DNA from: Oikopleura dioica
Lineage: Eukaryota > Animalia > Chordata
Reading direction: 5' to 3'
DNA: 64,000 bases
Assembly: GCA_907165135.1 (NCBI GenBank)
Contig: OU015568.1
Span: forward strand, 12,276,001 to 12,340,000
The notes under the pieces were generated by a model. The model was not told where the DNA came from. It saw only the letters and a program-made list of their open reading frames with translations, and searched no databases. The translations under genes were made by a program, and so were the position numbers. Positions 62,376 to 64,000 of this stretch are shown piece after piece. Positions within the stretch are counted from its first letter, which is position 1, and every line of letters starts with the position of its first letter.

Positions 62376-64000
62376 GCTCTCTTACTTTCCTTTTCTGATC
62401 TCTACTTTTTCTGTTTTTCGTTTCTTTGGTGTATAAAAATGTTTTGTTTTCTTGTTGAAACTGCGTTTGAAAGTTCAGTTTCTCGTCGTACAAAAGTCAC
62501 AGCGTTCAACAATTCAGAGTTGAGCGCGCCGCACTATCGGCCGCGCGATCCCTAATTCTAACTCTCTAGCGCCGCGGCGGAGTAGTAGTACGCGAAAATG
62601 GTGCGCCACCACTTTATCTCCGGCTTCTCGTCTTTGAGGCCATGAACCGGAAACAACTTTACGGTTGAGCTTTACGGTTGTAGGGATACCAGCTGGTGTT
62701 GAGGACATGTGGGTACTGGGAGTAGGAGAAAACGGACTTGGAAGACGTTTTATGACTGGAGGAAAGGTGTTTATAGGGTGCTGAAGTCCTTATAAAAGAA
62801 TTAGGGTTAGGAATATTTATGAACAAGATGATATAAAATAAGTGTTTGCCTCTCTATAGAAGGATTGAAAACTGCTTGTTTTCTACCAAATCGGCCTTGG
62901 CAGGGGGTGGATTCCGTAATCCCTGAAGCAACAAAAAATGAGAAGTGATAAAGGTCAGACCTTCTTTAGGCTTATTGGTAGATTAAATTTGCGAAGTGGC
63001 TAACGATATTGGGCTACGCAAATAAAATCGACTCAACAAATATAATAATGATAATATGATGGCACTTTTAGTAACTCTGAAATTTACTTTCTTCCCTGTT
63101 TGGGGTTATTTATTTAGGGCTATAAAAACGAGCTCTGGGAAATGCAAATTCTGAATGGGACATTCTTAATTATTCCTAAATAAATTCACGTTCTTATGCA
63201 AAACAAAAAAGAACAGGAACTTTGGTATATTCTAGCCACGTAGATAATTACGCAAATGATTGATTTGAAAAAACAAATGCCCATGTAAACTGCAAATTTG
63301 TAAAACACAAGGTATACAAGACCCAAACTTTCCCGGTTTATTTATTGCTCATAAAATACAATTATCTTATCTGAATGTATTTTCGAGGCATTTCTGTTTT
63401 TTGGCAGAAGAAATGATGATTAGGGCCGGTTAATATTTTAAAGAATTGACGCGGGTTTTTGTTCGAACAGAACTTTTGTTATTGAAGAGAATTTTATAGA
63501 CAATTTCTTTTATGAATATTTTAGTGAAGATATACAGTAATGCCCTTGTCTTTTTTCGTATCTTCTGGAAGTTGATTTTTTAATCTTCCAAACGGCTTCT
63601 GTTATTTAGCAAAGTATAATCGACCAATTGCAGTAGTAAAACTGAAAGAAAAAGAAAATCCTCGGGCATAAATTAAAGGTTTTTATTTCCCAAGCTGGCC
63701 AGTTGCTGGCTCGTCGATCGTCTGAAATATTCGCCACCTGCCTTCTTCGCCAGCTCTATTCGTCTTCTTTTTTTACAGCCCCATAAACCAACTTTTCAAT
63801 TATTCACGCTTTCCAATAGACTTCCTGATATTATCTCTTGCTTGCCACTTCCCAAGGTCAACCCGGTAGAGTTTATAGAGCCAAGAATCAGTTGTTTTTA
63901 ACAACCAGAAAAATATTCAACAAAAATCTCTCTTTATCTTCTATTCCCAAAGGTCGAAAAAGATGCTTGATTGTGGCAAAATTAAAATTCTACAGAAAGC

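Noticed and set aside
1-64000. CRISPR arrays, rRNA genes, autonomous transposase or reverse-transcriptase ORFs
   Set aside because: None seen: no regularly spaced repeats, rRNA signatures, or DDE/RT motifs in the ORF track.

Overview
Eukaryotic DNA from a very compact animal genome: gene-dense, many 30-65 nt introns, some apparently non-canonical GA-AG donors, and chordate-type genes. I infer this is most consistent with the larvacean tunicate Oikopleura dioica, but it is not proven. Recognisable genes: PACRG, a GRK2/3-like gene with degenerate catalytic motifs, KIAA2013, a secreted cyclophilin, a Cys-rich secreted protein, a POMGNT1-like GT13 transferase, tRNA-Leu(UAG), a MyoD/MRF-like bHLH, a RING protein, a mucin-stalk membrane protein, a C20orf85-like gene, an LDLa/Kunitz-like gene, a multidomain astacin, an F-BAR+SH3 protein, a kinase fused to a papain-like domain, a synaptotagmin-like protein and a six-repeat delta-protocadherin. 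Six non-autonomous inverted-repeat elements are present: two with TTAA TSDs, one hAT-type with an 8-bp TSD, one foldback, one intronic element carrying CRE sites, and one inside the astacin catalytic exon. The most interesting signals are the kinase-papain fusion with papain-spaced Q/C and H/N residues, the GRK2-like pseudokinase, and the MITE that may splice itself out of the astacin exon. CDS coordinates span introns. All splice models were built by hand, and family assignments rest on remembered motifs, not database searches. Positions 1-5900, 10200-11500 and 46100-51800 could not be resolved reliably.
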